Positions 26,690 through 35,906 are shown, counted from the first letter of the stretch. The stretch: DNA of 48,113 bases from an uncultured Ruminococcus sp. (GCA_902783855.1 CACZSU010000028.1:1-48113); one strand, 5' to 3'. Notes: generated by a model not told the origin, from the sequence alone. Numbers and translations are program-made.

Positions 26690-27448
26690 CTAAATTTCTA
26701 TTTCCAGCAGCACCGGGCAATGGTCGCTGCCGTAGATATCGGACAGGATATCCGCATTGGTAATTTTATCCGCAATCCGATCGGAAACAATAAAATAGTC
26801 AATACGCCATCCCGCATTATTCTTTCTGGCATTGAACCGGTAGGACCACCAGCTATACCGTCCCTCTGCATCCGGATGCAGATACCGGAAGCTGTCGGTA
26901 AAGCCGCTTTCCAGCAGCTCTCCGATTTTTTCTCTTTCCTGATCAGAGAAGCCTGCATTGCCCCGGTTCGTTTTCGGGTTTTTAAGGTCTATTTCATTAT
27001 GCGCCACATTCAGATCGCCGCAATAGATTACCGGCTTTTCCCTGTCCAGCTGCATCAGGTAGGCTCTCAGATCCGTTTCCCACTGCATCCGGTAGTCAAT
27101 CCGCAGAAGACCGTCCTTGGCATTGGGAGTATAGACATTCACCAGATAAAAGCTTCCCATGTCCAGCGTAATCATACGACCCTCATGACTGTGCTCCTCG
27201 ATATTCATTCCATTCAGAGTCACCTGATCGGGTGTATGGGTTGTAAAGACCGCTGTTCCGGAGTAGCCCTTTTTTTCGGCGCTGTTAAAGTATTTATGGT
27301 AACCGTCCAGAGGTACCTCTGCCTGACCCTCCTGCATTTTGGTTTCCTGCAGGCACATGAAATCCGGTTTCAGCTCTGCCACCACATCAAGAAAGCCCTT
27401 TTGCATACAAGCCCGCAGACCGTTGACATTCCATGAAACAAATTTCAT
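26690..27448 (-). CDS. xth: Exodeoxyribonuclease III
   Basis: Motifs: MKFVSWNVNGLRA, CLQETK, NAGFS and SDHCPV. The start is at MKF (27448), 8 nt after AAAGGA. Confidence 0.9.
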   Translation of the reverse strand: MKFVSWNVNGLRACMQKGFLDVVAELKPDFMCLQETKMQEGQAEVPLDGYHKYFNSAEKKGYSGTAVFTTHTPDQVTLNGMNIEEHSHEGRMITLDMGSFYLVNVYTPNAKDGLLRIDYRMQWETDLRAYLMQLDREKPVIYCGDLNVAHNEIDLKNPKTNRGNAGFSDQEREKIGELLESGFTDSFRYLHPDAEGRYSWWSYRFNARKNNAGWRIDYFIVSDRIADKITNADILSDIYGSDHCPVLLEIEI

Positions 27449-27616
27449 TCGCAACATCCTTTCTTTTCATAACTCACCATTTCATAACGGTGACCGCATC
27501 ATCCCGTAATCTGGTCGGAATATACGGTTTTTCTTCGTCAGCAACTATAAATTTGTCTATATATCTCTCATTATACCACAATCCCCTACCTATACGCAAG
27601 CAAATCTCCAATTTTT

Positions 27617-27663
27617 CCGGCAGCGTGACGCTGCACCCTGAACGCTTCAGTCGCTGCGCATAC
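27617..27663 (+). repeat. Dispersed intergenic repeat, partial copy G
   Basis: CCGGCAGCGTGACGCTGCACCCTGAACGCTTCAGTCGCTGCGCATAC contains only the GC hairpin and the core. Confidence 0.65.
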
Positions 27664-27700
27664 AATTAAGAAGGGTTTCATGCAGTACCTCAGAAATATA

Positions 27701-27750
27701 ATAACGCACAAAGATCAGCCGTCAGATAACAGCTGATCTCTGTGCGTTAT
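27701..27750 (-). terminator. Long hairpin downstream of the 1057-aa surface protein gene, a probable terminator
   Basis: ATAACGCACA with AGATCAGC pairs with GCTGATCT and TGTGCGTTAT, giving 18 bp with single-nt bulges. UAUAUUUCUG follows on the minus strand. Confidence 0.6.
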
Positions 27751-27827
27751 ATCAGGAGTGGGAGCATTCGTGATTTATAAGCAGTATCATTCATCACTAC
27801 TCAATATGCTTCATATACCAGACCGGG

Positions 27828-30800
27828 TCAATAGGATGTTACCGTAAATGTTTTTGTTGCTGTTGTACCGCTGCTGTCCTTGACAATAATCTTGATATCA
27901 TAGCTTGCCGCCGCAGTCGGTTTCAGCTTTGCAGAAGCTGTCGTACCAAATTCTGTTCCGAGAACATTCCATTTTGTGTTGGTGCTTCTCTTGAAGTAGA
28001 AAGCATAGGTATAGGGCGATGTCCCGCCGACTGCTTTGCCTGTCAATTTTACAGCACTTCCTATTGCCACTGATGTTTTATTAACGGTGGATGCGTTTGT
28101 CAGTGCCAGCTCTGTTACGGAAGTAACGGTAAAGGTTTTCTCAGCGGTTGCACCGCTGCTGTCTTTGACAATCACCTTGATATCATAAGATGCTGCGGCT
28201 GTCGGTGTAAATGTTACGCTGGAATCCGTGCCGAATTCTGTTCCCAGCACCTTCCATGTACTGTTCGTACTTCTTTTGAAGTAATAGGCATAGGTGTAGG
28301 AACCGCTGCCGCCGCTTGCAGATGCTGCAATCCTGACCTTATCGCCTATCTGTACGATATCGCTGTTGATGACAGAACCGTTCTGCAGGGCACTTGCATC
28401 CGTAATATTCACCGTAAATGTTTTTTCCGAGGTCAGACCGCTGCTATCCTTTACAACAGCCTTGACATCAAATACAGCAGCTGCCGTAGGTTTGAAGTTT
28501 GCGCTTGCAGATGTGCCGAATTCCGTTCCCAGTACATTCCATTTTGTGTTGGTGCTTCTCTTATAATAGTAAGCATAGGTATACGGGGCAGTTCCGCCTG
28601 ATGCAGCACCTGTAATGACTATTTTGGCGCCCACTGGTGCAGTTGTCTTGTTAACAGAAGATTGGTTGACGAGTGCATCCGCCAGCTTTGTACGGTTCAG
28701 CACTTCTCCGCAGGTGCTGCAGTATACGACACTATAGCTGCATCCGTCACTTCCTGTTTCGGTAACTGCAGCAGCGGGTGTGTGACCGGTTGCAGCAATT
28801 GCTTCATACATTTCTGTACCGCAGTCAGAACAGGTATAGGTTTTCAAACCATCTGTGGTACAGTCCGCTTTCCGGGTAACTGTTCCGCTGTTGAAGCTGT
28901 GACTGTGCCATATTTCATCCGAACCGATCAGCGAGGAACTGTCGCCGGTAATTGACCATCCGCTGGATGAGGTCATAGCCGGAGAAGAGTACAGCACATA
29001 GTTTACATTTCTTAAAGCTGTCGTATTGAATACCGTACTGCCGTTATTGATAACATTGATTGTTTTGCCGCTCTGAATCGTTGATTTGGAAGTAATATAA
29101 TTCTGGCTTGAAGAAGAAGGCGCTTCAGCCATCTGGCTTGAACCAGCAGCAAATACGGAAGCTCCGTTAATAACGATATTGCCGTCTGCGTCCAACGGAT
29201 CATCAGGCTGTCCGGCAGCCGCGCCAAAGGAGATAATATTTCCGCCGGTCAGATTCAGGTTTCCGTTAGAATCTATACCGTCACCGGCAGCATTCACCTT
29301 CACATTTCCGCCGTTAATATTGATGGAATAATTGCCTGTACTTCCCGATTGACCGCCCGTATTACCTCCGAATCCGCCAAATCCGCCTCCGTGACCGCCC
29401 GGACCTCCAGGACCGCCGCCGGGGTTAAAGCCCTGAGAGCTTCCTCCGTTTCCGCCGGCTGCATTGATGCCGTCATCGGATGCAGTTACATCATAGCTGC
29501 CCGAATAGATGTAGACATTGCCTGCCTCCAGACCCTCGTAGCTGTTGGCAACCGTCATCTGAACTCCGCAACCGGAGCCGTTTTCAGCTCCCAGTGTCAG
29601 GGATGTGTCAGCGTGTACGCCGTCGTCGCCGGTACTGATCCGGAACTGTCCTCCTGTAACAACTATATATCCGTCAGAATGTAAGGCGTCGTCAGCCGTA
29701 TTCAGGTTAAATGTACCGCCTGAAATTGTGATGGTATTGGTGGATTCAGAAGTATCTGTTGTATCTATGGAATCAGCGCTGTAGGATGCCTTTATACCCT
29801 TGCAGCTCATTGTATCGGAATTGAAGCTGCTGTCATTGTAGCCGCTGCCGGTGGTAATATTGAAATTGCCGCCAGTAATGTTAATATCCTGGGCAGACTG
29901 AATACCGTCACTTCCTGCCTGGATGGTAATATCGCCGCCTGTGATATCAATATTTCCTGCACATCCGGCATCGGCGTCCACTGCATCCGGGTCAGTACGG
30001 ATTGCATCCGCCTCAGCGGTGATATTCAGTGTACCTGAGTGAATGGCAAGTGTGTTATCACTTGATATACCGTTTTTGACGGATGTTACATTCAGTGAAA
30101 GATCCTCTATTGTCAGCGCACCGTAATCACCGACCTTAAGGGCATTCTTTGTATTACATACAAGGTTCAGCGTACCCGAGCCGTTCAACGTTATGTTGGA
30201 ATAGGATTTTCCTTTTATAACAGCGGACTCCGCAAATTCGGCATTGGTACCGTCACCGCCGTCAGCAGTATCGCCATACGTGTCGGCATTGTTGAACGCA
30301 CTGTCCGTCAGTGTATTGGTATGTCCTTCCAGAGCAGTAATGGTTGCTGTTGAAGTGGAATTTTTCTTTACGGTAATAGGGCTGGTAAGAGATGATGTCA
30401 GCTGGAGATCGCTGAGCAGCAATACAGCCGCCCCCGTAGCCTCCTTTTTCACAGCAATACTCATATCATTACCTGTACCTGTGAATGCGTAGGTTCCGCC
30501 CTTTTTGTTGATGTTGACACTGAGTGAATACTGGTCTGTGTTGGTATATACCGCATTGCCGTCCGCGTCTGTCGCAGCTTCGGGAGTATATTCGGTTCCA
30601 TCGGAGCTGATACCTGTTATTTCATATTTTGTATCCTTGCCTTCATAAACAGTGATGCTGTCCCCATTGAATGCAAAGGTTGTATATCCTATAGGAATTT
30701 CAATTTTCAATATGTTTGTGCCGTAACCAATGGTTACCTCCGCAATACCTGCTGCGCCGCTTACACCTGTAACCGTAACGGTTTTCCCGGAATAGGAAAC

Positions 30801-31001
30801 GGTGGCAATGGAGCTGTCATTGACGGTTGCATAGCTGACCGCAGCACAGCAGTTGATGACAGCGCCTGAATTTCCGGTTTGTGTACATGAATAAGTACCT
30901 GCTGATGCAGCCGAAACCTGATATCCGGCTGAAACAGCCGGTACAGAGAGCAGCATTGCAGATACAAGCATAACAGACATTGCTTTTTTGAATCTTCGCA
31001 T
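27828..31001 (-). CDS. Large secreted protein: Ig-like N-domain, parallel beta-helix-like repeat region (Cthe_2159-type carbohydrate-binding fold), Gly-rich linker, Cys-rich module and three C-terminal triple-tyrosine (Y_Y_Y-like) Ig repeats
   Basis: The signal peptide is MRRFKKAMSVMLVSAMLLSVPAVSA. Degenerate ...ITGGxFxIxxxDDGIxS... units recur. The linker reads GGPGGPGGHGGGFGGFGG, followed by a CxxC-containing segment. Three repeats of about 95 aa contain GGTAPYTYAYYYKRSTNTKWNVLGTEFGT. Fold assignments are inferred from motif resemblance. Confidence 0.7.
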   Translation of the reverse strand: MRRFKKAMSVMLVSAMLLSVPAVSAGYQVSAASAGTYSCTQTGNSGAVINCCAAVSYATVNDSSIATVSYSGKTVTVTGVSGAAGIAEVTIGYGTNILKIEIPIGYTTFAFNGDSITVYEGKDTKYEITGISSDGTEYTPEAATDADGNAVYTNTDQYSLSVNINKKGGTYAFTGTGNDMSIAVKKEATGAAVLLLSDLQLTSSLTSPITVKKNSTSTATITALEGHTNTLTDSAFNNADTYGDTADGGDGTNAEFAESAVIKGKSYSNITLNGSGTLNLVCNTKNALKVGDYGALTIEDLSLNVTSVKNGISSDNTLAIHSGTLNITAEADAIRTDPDAVDADAGCAGNIDITGGDITIQAGSDGIQSAQDINITGGNFNITTGSGYNDSSFNSDTMSCKGIKASYSADSIDTTDTSESTNTITISGGTFNLNTADDALHSDGYIVVTGGQFRISTGDDGVHADTSLTLGAENGSGCGVQMTVANSYEGLEAGNVYIYSGSYDVTASDDGINAAGGNGGSSQGFNPGGGPGGPGGHGGGFGGFGGNTGGQSGSTGNYSININGGNVKVNAAGDGIDSNGNLNLTGGNIISFGAAAGQPDDPLDADGNIVINGASVFAAGSSQMAEAPSSSSQNYITSKSTIQSGKTINVINNGSTVFNTTALRNVNYVLYSSPAMTSSSGWSITGDSSSLIGSDEIWHSHSFNSGTVTRKADCTTDGLKTYTCSDCGTEMYEAIAATGHTPAAAVTETGSDGCSYSVVYCSTCGEVLNRTKLADALVNQSSVNKTTAPVGAKIVITGAASGGTAPYTYAYYYKRSTNTKWNVLGTEFGTSASANFKPTAAAVFDVKAVVKDSSGLTSEKTFTVNITDASALQNGSVINSDIVQIGDKVRIAASASGGSGSYTYAYYFKRSTNSTWKVLGTEFGTDSSVTFTPTAAASYDIKVIVKDSSGATAEKTFTVTSVTELALTNASTVNKTSVAIGSAVKLTGKAVGGTSPYTYAFYFKRSTNTKWNVLGTEFGTTASAKLKPTAAASYDIKIIVKDSSGTTATKTFTVTSY

Positions 31002-31092
31002 GATGAACTCCTCCTTATGACTATATGGTTATAACGCTGCTTTCACCGGGCAGCAGCGAGGTGTGCGCCCACTTTTGCCAACGGCGAGCCGC

Positions 31093-31255
31093 CGCTGGCT
31101 GAACGCGTCAATCGCTACGCTTACGCTTCGCTCTGGTTAAAGCTTAAACAAATTCCCACCCGCGGAATGCACTTAACTGCACACGAATTTTACACAGCTC
31201 GTTCAAATTTGCAGTCGCTCTGTTTGCCAGGCTATAGTTTACACTGCCGTTAAAA
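31093..31255 (+). repeat. Dispersed intergenic repeat, copy D (full length)
   Basis: GGCGAGCCGCC hairpin, then GCTGGCTGAACGCGTCAATCGCTACGCTTACGCTTCGCTCTGGTTAAAG...GCAGTCGCTCTGTTTGCCAGGCTATAGTTTACACT. Confidence 0.85.
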
Positions 31256-31420
31256 TCCATACAGGCTCCGTTTATTTTTTCCTGCAGCAAACTATCACAA
31301 CGGAGCACCGTATATCATTCAAGTATGGCTACATTTTAAAAGACAGTTCTTAAAATAAACTTAAAATAATACAGATAAATTTGAACATTTTATTAATTTT
31401 CCGATCATCTGTACAAATAA

Positions 31421-31449
31421 AGGAACTTGTGATATAATGCGATAAAAAA
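31421..31449 (+). promoter_or_regulatory. Sigma-A-type promoter for the two-component operon
   Basis: The -35 is TGTACA (31421-31426). A 17-nt spacer leads to the extended -10, TGaTATAAT (31441-31449), about 45 nt before ATG 31494. Confidence 0.5.
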
Positions 31450-31493
31450 GCGGTTGCTGCCATACGAAAGCAATAAAACGAGGTGTGATGCAA

Positions 31494-32165
31494 ATGAGAA
31501 TATTACTGGTTGAAGATGAAGTATCGCTTGCCAACGCAGTCAAAAAAATACTCGAACAGCAGGGATATGTTGTTGACGCGGTCAACAACGGACGTTCGGC
31601 AGTCGATTATGCCTTGGGAGCAAAATACAATCTGATCATACTGGATGTAATGCTGCCGGAGATAAACGGCATGGAGGTTCTGAAAACGGTCAGAAAACAA
31701 AACCTGAGCACCCCTGTGCTGATGCTGACAGCCCTGTCAGCATTATCGGATAAGGTAACCGGTCTGAATCACGGTGCAGATGACTATATGACAAAGCCAT
31801 TTGAAACGGAAGAGCTTTTAGCAAGGGTCGGCGCTCTGACGCGAAGAACGGGCGATATCATTATGAACCGGATAGAGTACAAGGATCTTTCTCTGGATCT
31901 GAATTCCGCTGTTCTGTCCTGCGGAAATGAAAGCGTTCAGTTAAGCCATAAGGAATTCGGGGTGATCAAAGTCCTGCTGTATAATCCCACCATGATGATC
32001 ACCACAGAAAGCATTATCGAAAACGTATGGGGATCCGAATCTGAGGCTACGGATAATAATGTGGAGGTATATATTTCTTTTATCAGAAAAAAACTGAAAT
32101 ACCTGGGGTCAAAGGTAACCGTCCGCAAATTGCAGCGATTGGGATACAGACTGGAGGTGACCTGA
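31494..32165 (+). CDS. OmpR-family response regulator
   Basis: The receiver reads MRILLVEDE...LIILDVMLP...MLTA...KPF, followed by a winged-helix output domain ending LGYRLEV. The start is at MRILL, 8 nt after GAGGTG. Confidence 0.9.
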   Translation: MRILLVEDEVSLANAVKKILEQQGYVVDAVNNGRSAVDYALGAKYNLIILDVMLPEINGMEVLKTVRKQNLSTPVLMLTALSALSDKVTGLNHGADDYMTKPFETEELLARVGALTRRTGDIIMNRIEYKDLSLDLNSAVLSCGNESVQLSHKEFGVIKVLLYNPTMMITTESIIENVWGSESEATDNNVEVYISFIRKKLKYLGSKVTVRKLQRLGYRLEVT

Positions 32166-33469
32166 TGCTGAAACGATACCGCAGGAATTTCATTGCCCTG
32201 AATATGATCACAGTCGGGATTGTGTTAATTGTAACCTTTGTCTTTATCGGCATTATGGTCAGCCGGGATGATTACGATGAATTGAAAAATGTGATGCAGA
32301 TGGTAGTAAAACCGTGGAACGAGGCTGAAAAAATAAAAAATGACACACCGCGGGATGACAAAAAACAGCCCAGAAAGCCTGACGGCAAAACGGATAATAA
32401 GGAACACAGACCCCAGCCTGAAAGAGAAACGGAACGATATAAGGACGATAACATAACAACACTTTTTTATGATAAAAGCACGGATAAGATTTCCGTATTA
32501 TCGGAGGAAATCGTCTATAACGGGGATCTTTATGCGCCTGTTTCCGAGATAACAGAGAGAAAGGACAATTTCGGTATTCTTGAAAAATATCACCTTATTT
32601 ATTATAAAGAGCGGACAAGCAATGACTATAAGATTGCCATCACAGATACATGGTATCTTGAATCAGGCATTCTCCGGGTAACGCTGATTCTTTCCGCAGC
32701 GTTTATCATGTCCATGATGCTGATGTTTTTTATCAGCCGCAGGCTGTCCAATCTTGCCGCAAAGCCCATGGAAGATGCGATCAGCCGTGAAAGACAGTTT
32801 GTTGCTGATATTTCTCATGATCTGAAAACACCCATAACGGTTATTCTTGCCAATAACAGCATTCTGAAAGCAAACCCTGAAACAACCGTATATGAGAATC
32901 TGCAATGGATAGACAGTACTGATACAGCCGGACGGGATATGATGGTGCTGGTAAATGAAATGCTTACCTTGTCAAAGCTGGAATCAGAGGATAAGTGCGG
33001 GAAAAAGGAAAAGACCGATTTGTCCTCAGCTGCCGAAAAAACCGTACTACAGCTGGAGTCGGTAGCATACGAAAGAGGTATTGTGATAGAGGCAGATATA
33101 GAAGAAGCTGTCACGGTACTTGCGGTACAGGAGCATCTAAAACGGATATGCAGCTGTCTGATAGAAAACGCAGTAAAATATGAACCTGACGGCGGAAAAA
33201 TAGGCGTTAAGCTATACCGCAGTAAAAAAAGTGCCATTATGGAGGTAAAAAATTACGGAAGCGTAATCGCTGCTGATGATCTGCCTCATATTTTTGACAG
33301 GTTTTACCGGGGTGATAAAACAAGGACAACCAAAGGCGGTCATGGACTTGGTCTGCCGATCATCAAGCGTATGGCGGAGCTTTCGGGTGCAGAAATCCGG
33401 GTTGAAAGCTCTGCGGCAGCCGGAACGGTCTTTACCGTGGAGTTTGAAGCCTATAAAGGCGATGGCTGA
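32165..33469 (+). CDS. Sensor histidine kinase (two TM helices, HisKA and HATPase_c domains)
   Basis: The H-box is FVADISHDLKTPITV, the N-box is ENAVKYE and the G-box is GGHGLGLPIIK. The start overlaps the regulator's stop (ATGA-type junction). Confidence 0.9.
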   Translation: MLKRYRRNFIALNMITVGIVLIVTFVFIGIMVSRDDYDELKNVMQMVVKPWNEAEKIKNDTPRDDKKQPRKPDGKTDNKEHRPQPERETERYKDDNITTLFYDKSTDKISVLSEEIVYNGDLYAPVSEITERKDNFGILEKYHLIYYKERTSNDYKIAITDTWYLESGILRVTLILSAAFIMSMMLMFFISRRLSNLAAKPMEDAISRERQFVADISHDLKTPITVILANNSILKANPETTVYENLQWIDSTDTAGRDMMVLVNEMLTLSKLESEDKCGKKEKTDLSSAAEKTVLQLESVAYERGIVIEADIEEAVTVLAVQEHLKRICSCLIENAVKYEPDGGKIGVKLYRSKKSAIMEVKNYGSVIAADDLPHIFDRFYRGDKTRTTKGGHGLGLPIIKRMAELSGAEIRVESSAAAGTVFTVEFEAYKGDG

Positions 33470-33500
33470 AAAAGTCATTGAAAAGAATTCGTGTGATTGC

Positions 33501-33632
33501 TAACCATAATAAGCCGCGCAGAAGCAGTGTGCAGATAAATGTATTCTGCGGGTGCGAATATATTTAAGCTATAACCAGAGCGGAGCGTATGCGCAGCGAC
33601 TGACGCGTATAGGGTGCAGCGTCACGCTGCCG
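33501..33632 (-). repeat. Dispersed intergenic repeat, copy E (inverted orientation, distal end diverged)
   Basis: The reverse complement reads CGGCAGCGTGACGCTGCACCCTATACGCGTCAGTCGCTGCGCATACGCTCCGCTCTGGTTATAGC...CTGCACACTGCTTCTGCGCGGCTTATTATGGTTA. Confidence 0.8.
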
Positions 33633-33702
33633 CCGTCTCGCCGCTTTGGTAAAGTGTATTGGCTTTTATCACAAGCTGACCTATAATTGAATTGAAATAC
33701 GA

Positions 33703-34995
33703 ATGAATTCACCTTTGGGAGGTAATCAGGATGAAAAAATACTAACAAAAATGCTGGCTGTTTCCTTGTGTGCAGCCTTGCTGGGCGGCACGGCTGCCGT
33801 TCTGCCTGCTATTCTGTCCGACAGCAGTATTACAGCCAATGTTGCTGAAACCTACGGCAATTTTCAATACTTTGCCTATAAAGATGACTCCATAACCATT
33901 ACGGAATATACCGGCAATGATGCAGAGGTAACGATTCCCTCAGAAATTAATGGAAAAAGTGTGACGAGTATCGCGAATTGTGCTTTCAGTCACAAATACA
34001 GCCTGACAAGCATTAACATTCCGGACAGCGTGACATATATAGGTTCTTGTGCCTTTGGATGTGATTACGATGATAACCGTGATTATGTTCCAATCGAAGG
34101 ATTCATAATTTATGGCAAAGCGGGTTCCGAAGCAGAACGATATGCAAAGAGAAAAGGCATAACATTTGTAGACAACACCGTTGCCGTCACCAGAATCAAG
34201 CTGAACAAAACCGCTGTTACGCTGGAAAAGGGCAAGACCGAAACCCTGACCGCGACTATACAGCCCACCAACGCTACGGACAAACCCCTGACATGGCAGA
34301 CCACTGACAAAACCGTTGCCACTGTCAGGAACGGCAAGATTACCGCTGTAGGCGCGGGTACCTGTACCGTCTTTGCAAAAAGCGTCAACGGAAAAAAGGG
34401 AAGCTGTACCGTTACCGTAACTGCCCCCAAACCGCTTGTCAACGGCTCTGTCATCAGCAGTGAACTGGTACAGACCGGCGACAAGGTACGCATTTCCGGC
34501 AGCGCAGCAGGAGGTACGGGCAGTTACAAATACGCCTACTACTACAAGCGCAGCAGCAATACAAAATGGCGAACCCTTGGCACGGAATTCGGCACCAACT
34601 CCAGCGTTACCTTCACCCCCACCGCAGAAGCGGATTTTGATGTCAAGGTCGTTGTAAGGGACGAAAACGACACCACTGCTGAAAAACTGTTCACCGTTAA
34701 AGCTATGAACAAGCTGGCACTGACAAATGTTTCTGTACTGCAAAGAACCAATGTCCGGCTGGGGACTTCTATTCCGATTCTCGGCAAGGCTGTCGGCGGA
34801 GACGGCGGTTATACATATGCCTTCTATTTCAAGCGCAGCACCAATTCCAAGTGGAACGTTCTGGGCACAGAATTCGGCACGGAAACTACCGCAAAACTCA
34901 AGCCCACTGCCGCTGTCAGCTACGATATCCGTGTAATTGTCAAAGACAAATCCGGCAGAACCGCATCTAAAATCATTACTACCACTGTGAAATAA
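33703..34995 (+). CDS. Surface protein with a BspA-type leucine-rich repeat, a Big_2 domain and two triple-tyrosine (Y_Y_Y-like) Ig repeats; the start is ambiguous (see finding)
   Basis: The LRR_5-like segment is ITITEYTGNDAEVTIPSEINGKSVTSIANCAFSHKYSLTSINIPDSVTYIGSCAF. The Big_2 segment is VTRIKLNKTAVTLEKGKTETLTATIQP...VTV. Two repeats contain GGTGSYKYAYYYKRSSNTKWRTLGTEFGT. The best SD/ATG (33731) is out of frame by one base. Confidence 0.7.
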   Translation: MNSPLGGNQDEKILTKMLAVSLCAALLGGTAAVLPAILSDSSITANVAETYGNFQYFAYKDDSITITEYTGNDAEVTIPSEINGKSVTSIANCAFSHKYSLTSINIPDSVTYIGSCAFGCDYDDNRDYVPIEGFIIYGKAGSEAERYAKRKGITFVDNTVAVTRIKLNKTAVTLEKGKTETLTATIQPTNATDKPLTWQTTDKTVATVRNGKITAVGAGTCTVFAKSVNGKKGSCTVTVTAPKPLVNGSVISSELVQTGDKVRISGSAAGGTGSYKYAYYYKRSSNTKWRTLGTEFGTNSSVTFTPTAEADFDVKVVVRDENDTTAEKLFTVKAMNKLALTNVSVLQRTNVRLGTSIPILGKAVGGDGGYTYAFYFKRSTNSKWNVLGTEFGTETTAKLKPTAAVSYDIRVIVKDKSGRTASKIITTTVK

Positions 34996-35163
34996 ACTAT
35001 CCCCGGCTCGTATTCAACCGAACGAATGCGAGCCGGGATTGTTATGTAAAATTTCAAACCAAAGCGGACATAAATAATTCATGTTTACTCTTATTATATT
35101 CTTGAAATCATCAACAAAAAAGATTATAATAATAACAAATAAACCAATAGGAGGTATTTTTCC

Positions 35164-35727
35164 ATGAAACAGCAGATCAAAACAACCGAAGCCATTTTCC
35201 CTATGCCTGTGCTTCTGATATCGACCTTTAACGAGGACGGCACGGTAGATGTCATGAATGCCGCATGGGGCACCATGCTGGAGCGTGACAGAGTGGCACT
35301 CAATCTTACCGAAACACACAAGACCGTTCAGAATATAAAAGCAAGAAAGGGCTTTGTTATTCATATTGCAGATGCAAAGCACGTTGTGGAAGCGGATTAC
35401 TTTGGCGTAGTCAGCGGAAACAAAGAGCCGGACAAGTTTGCAAAGAGTGGTCTGACCTTTACCAAGTCGGAACTTGTTGACGCTCCGGTCATCAATGAAT
35501 TCCCTATAGCTATGGAATGTGAATTCATCGAGTATCAGAGCGACGCAACCGGTCTGGGCGTTATTGCGAAGGTTGTCAGAACATCTGTAGAAGATACAGT
35601 AATGAAAGACGGCAAGGTGGACATTGACTCTCTGCAGGCTATTGCCTTTGACCCATACACACACGGATATTATAAAGTCTGCGGCAGGGTCGGAGACGCT
35701 TTTAAGGATGGACTCCAATTGAAGTGA
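35164..35727 (+). CDS. Flavin reductase-like (FMN-binding split-barrel) protein
   Basis: 187 aa. PMPVLLISTFNEDGTVDVMNAAWG is typical of the flavin reductase domain family. Confidence 0.8.
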   Translation: MKQQIKTTEAIFPMPVLLISTFNEDGTVDVMNAAWGTMLERDRVALNLTETHKTVQNIKARKGFVIHIADAKHVVEADYFGVVSGNKEPDKFAKSGLTFTKSELVDAPVINEFPIAMECEFIEYQSDATGLGVIAKVVRTSVEDTVMKDGKVDIDSLQAIAFDPYTHGYYKVCGRVGDAFKDGLQLK

Positions 35728-35837
35728 TTGTTTTATCCTGATGACTATACCGATATTGAAGAAGTGATCAAGCCAGAGAGAGATTTTTTATATATGAAGG
35801 TATAAACTATTCTCTATTCACTATTCATTATTTCTGA

Positions 35838-35866
35838 GCCCCCGAACAAAGTGAGGGGGCTTTTTT
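35838..35866 (+). terminator. Intrinsic terminator after the flavin reductase gene
   Basis: GCCCCC (35838-35843) pairs with GGGGGC (35855-35860) across an 11-nt loop, followed by T6 (35861-35866). Confidence 0.8.
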
Positions 35867-35868
35867 GG

Positions 35869-35885
35869 TATAGGAATAACCTATA
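35869..35885. promoter_or_regulatory. 17-bp palindrome TATAGG-AATAA-CCTATA upstream of the cysK promoter (candidate LysR-type operator)
   Basis: Perfect inverted repeat with a T-N11-A core, centred at 35877, exactly 30 bp upstream of the first base of the -35 hexamer. A near-identical box at 43697-43713 has the same geometry. Confidence 0.6.
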
Positions 35886-35906
35886 ATTAATAAAACAAAA
35901 AAATTC

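Noticed and set aside
35014-35718. 234-aa minus-strand ORF
   Set aside because: It lies entirely antisense to the flavin reductase gene, which has family motifs and a ribosome-binding site. The ORF has low-complexity, Cys/Phe-rich composition and no ribosome-binding site.
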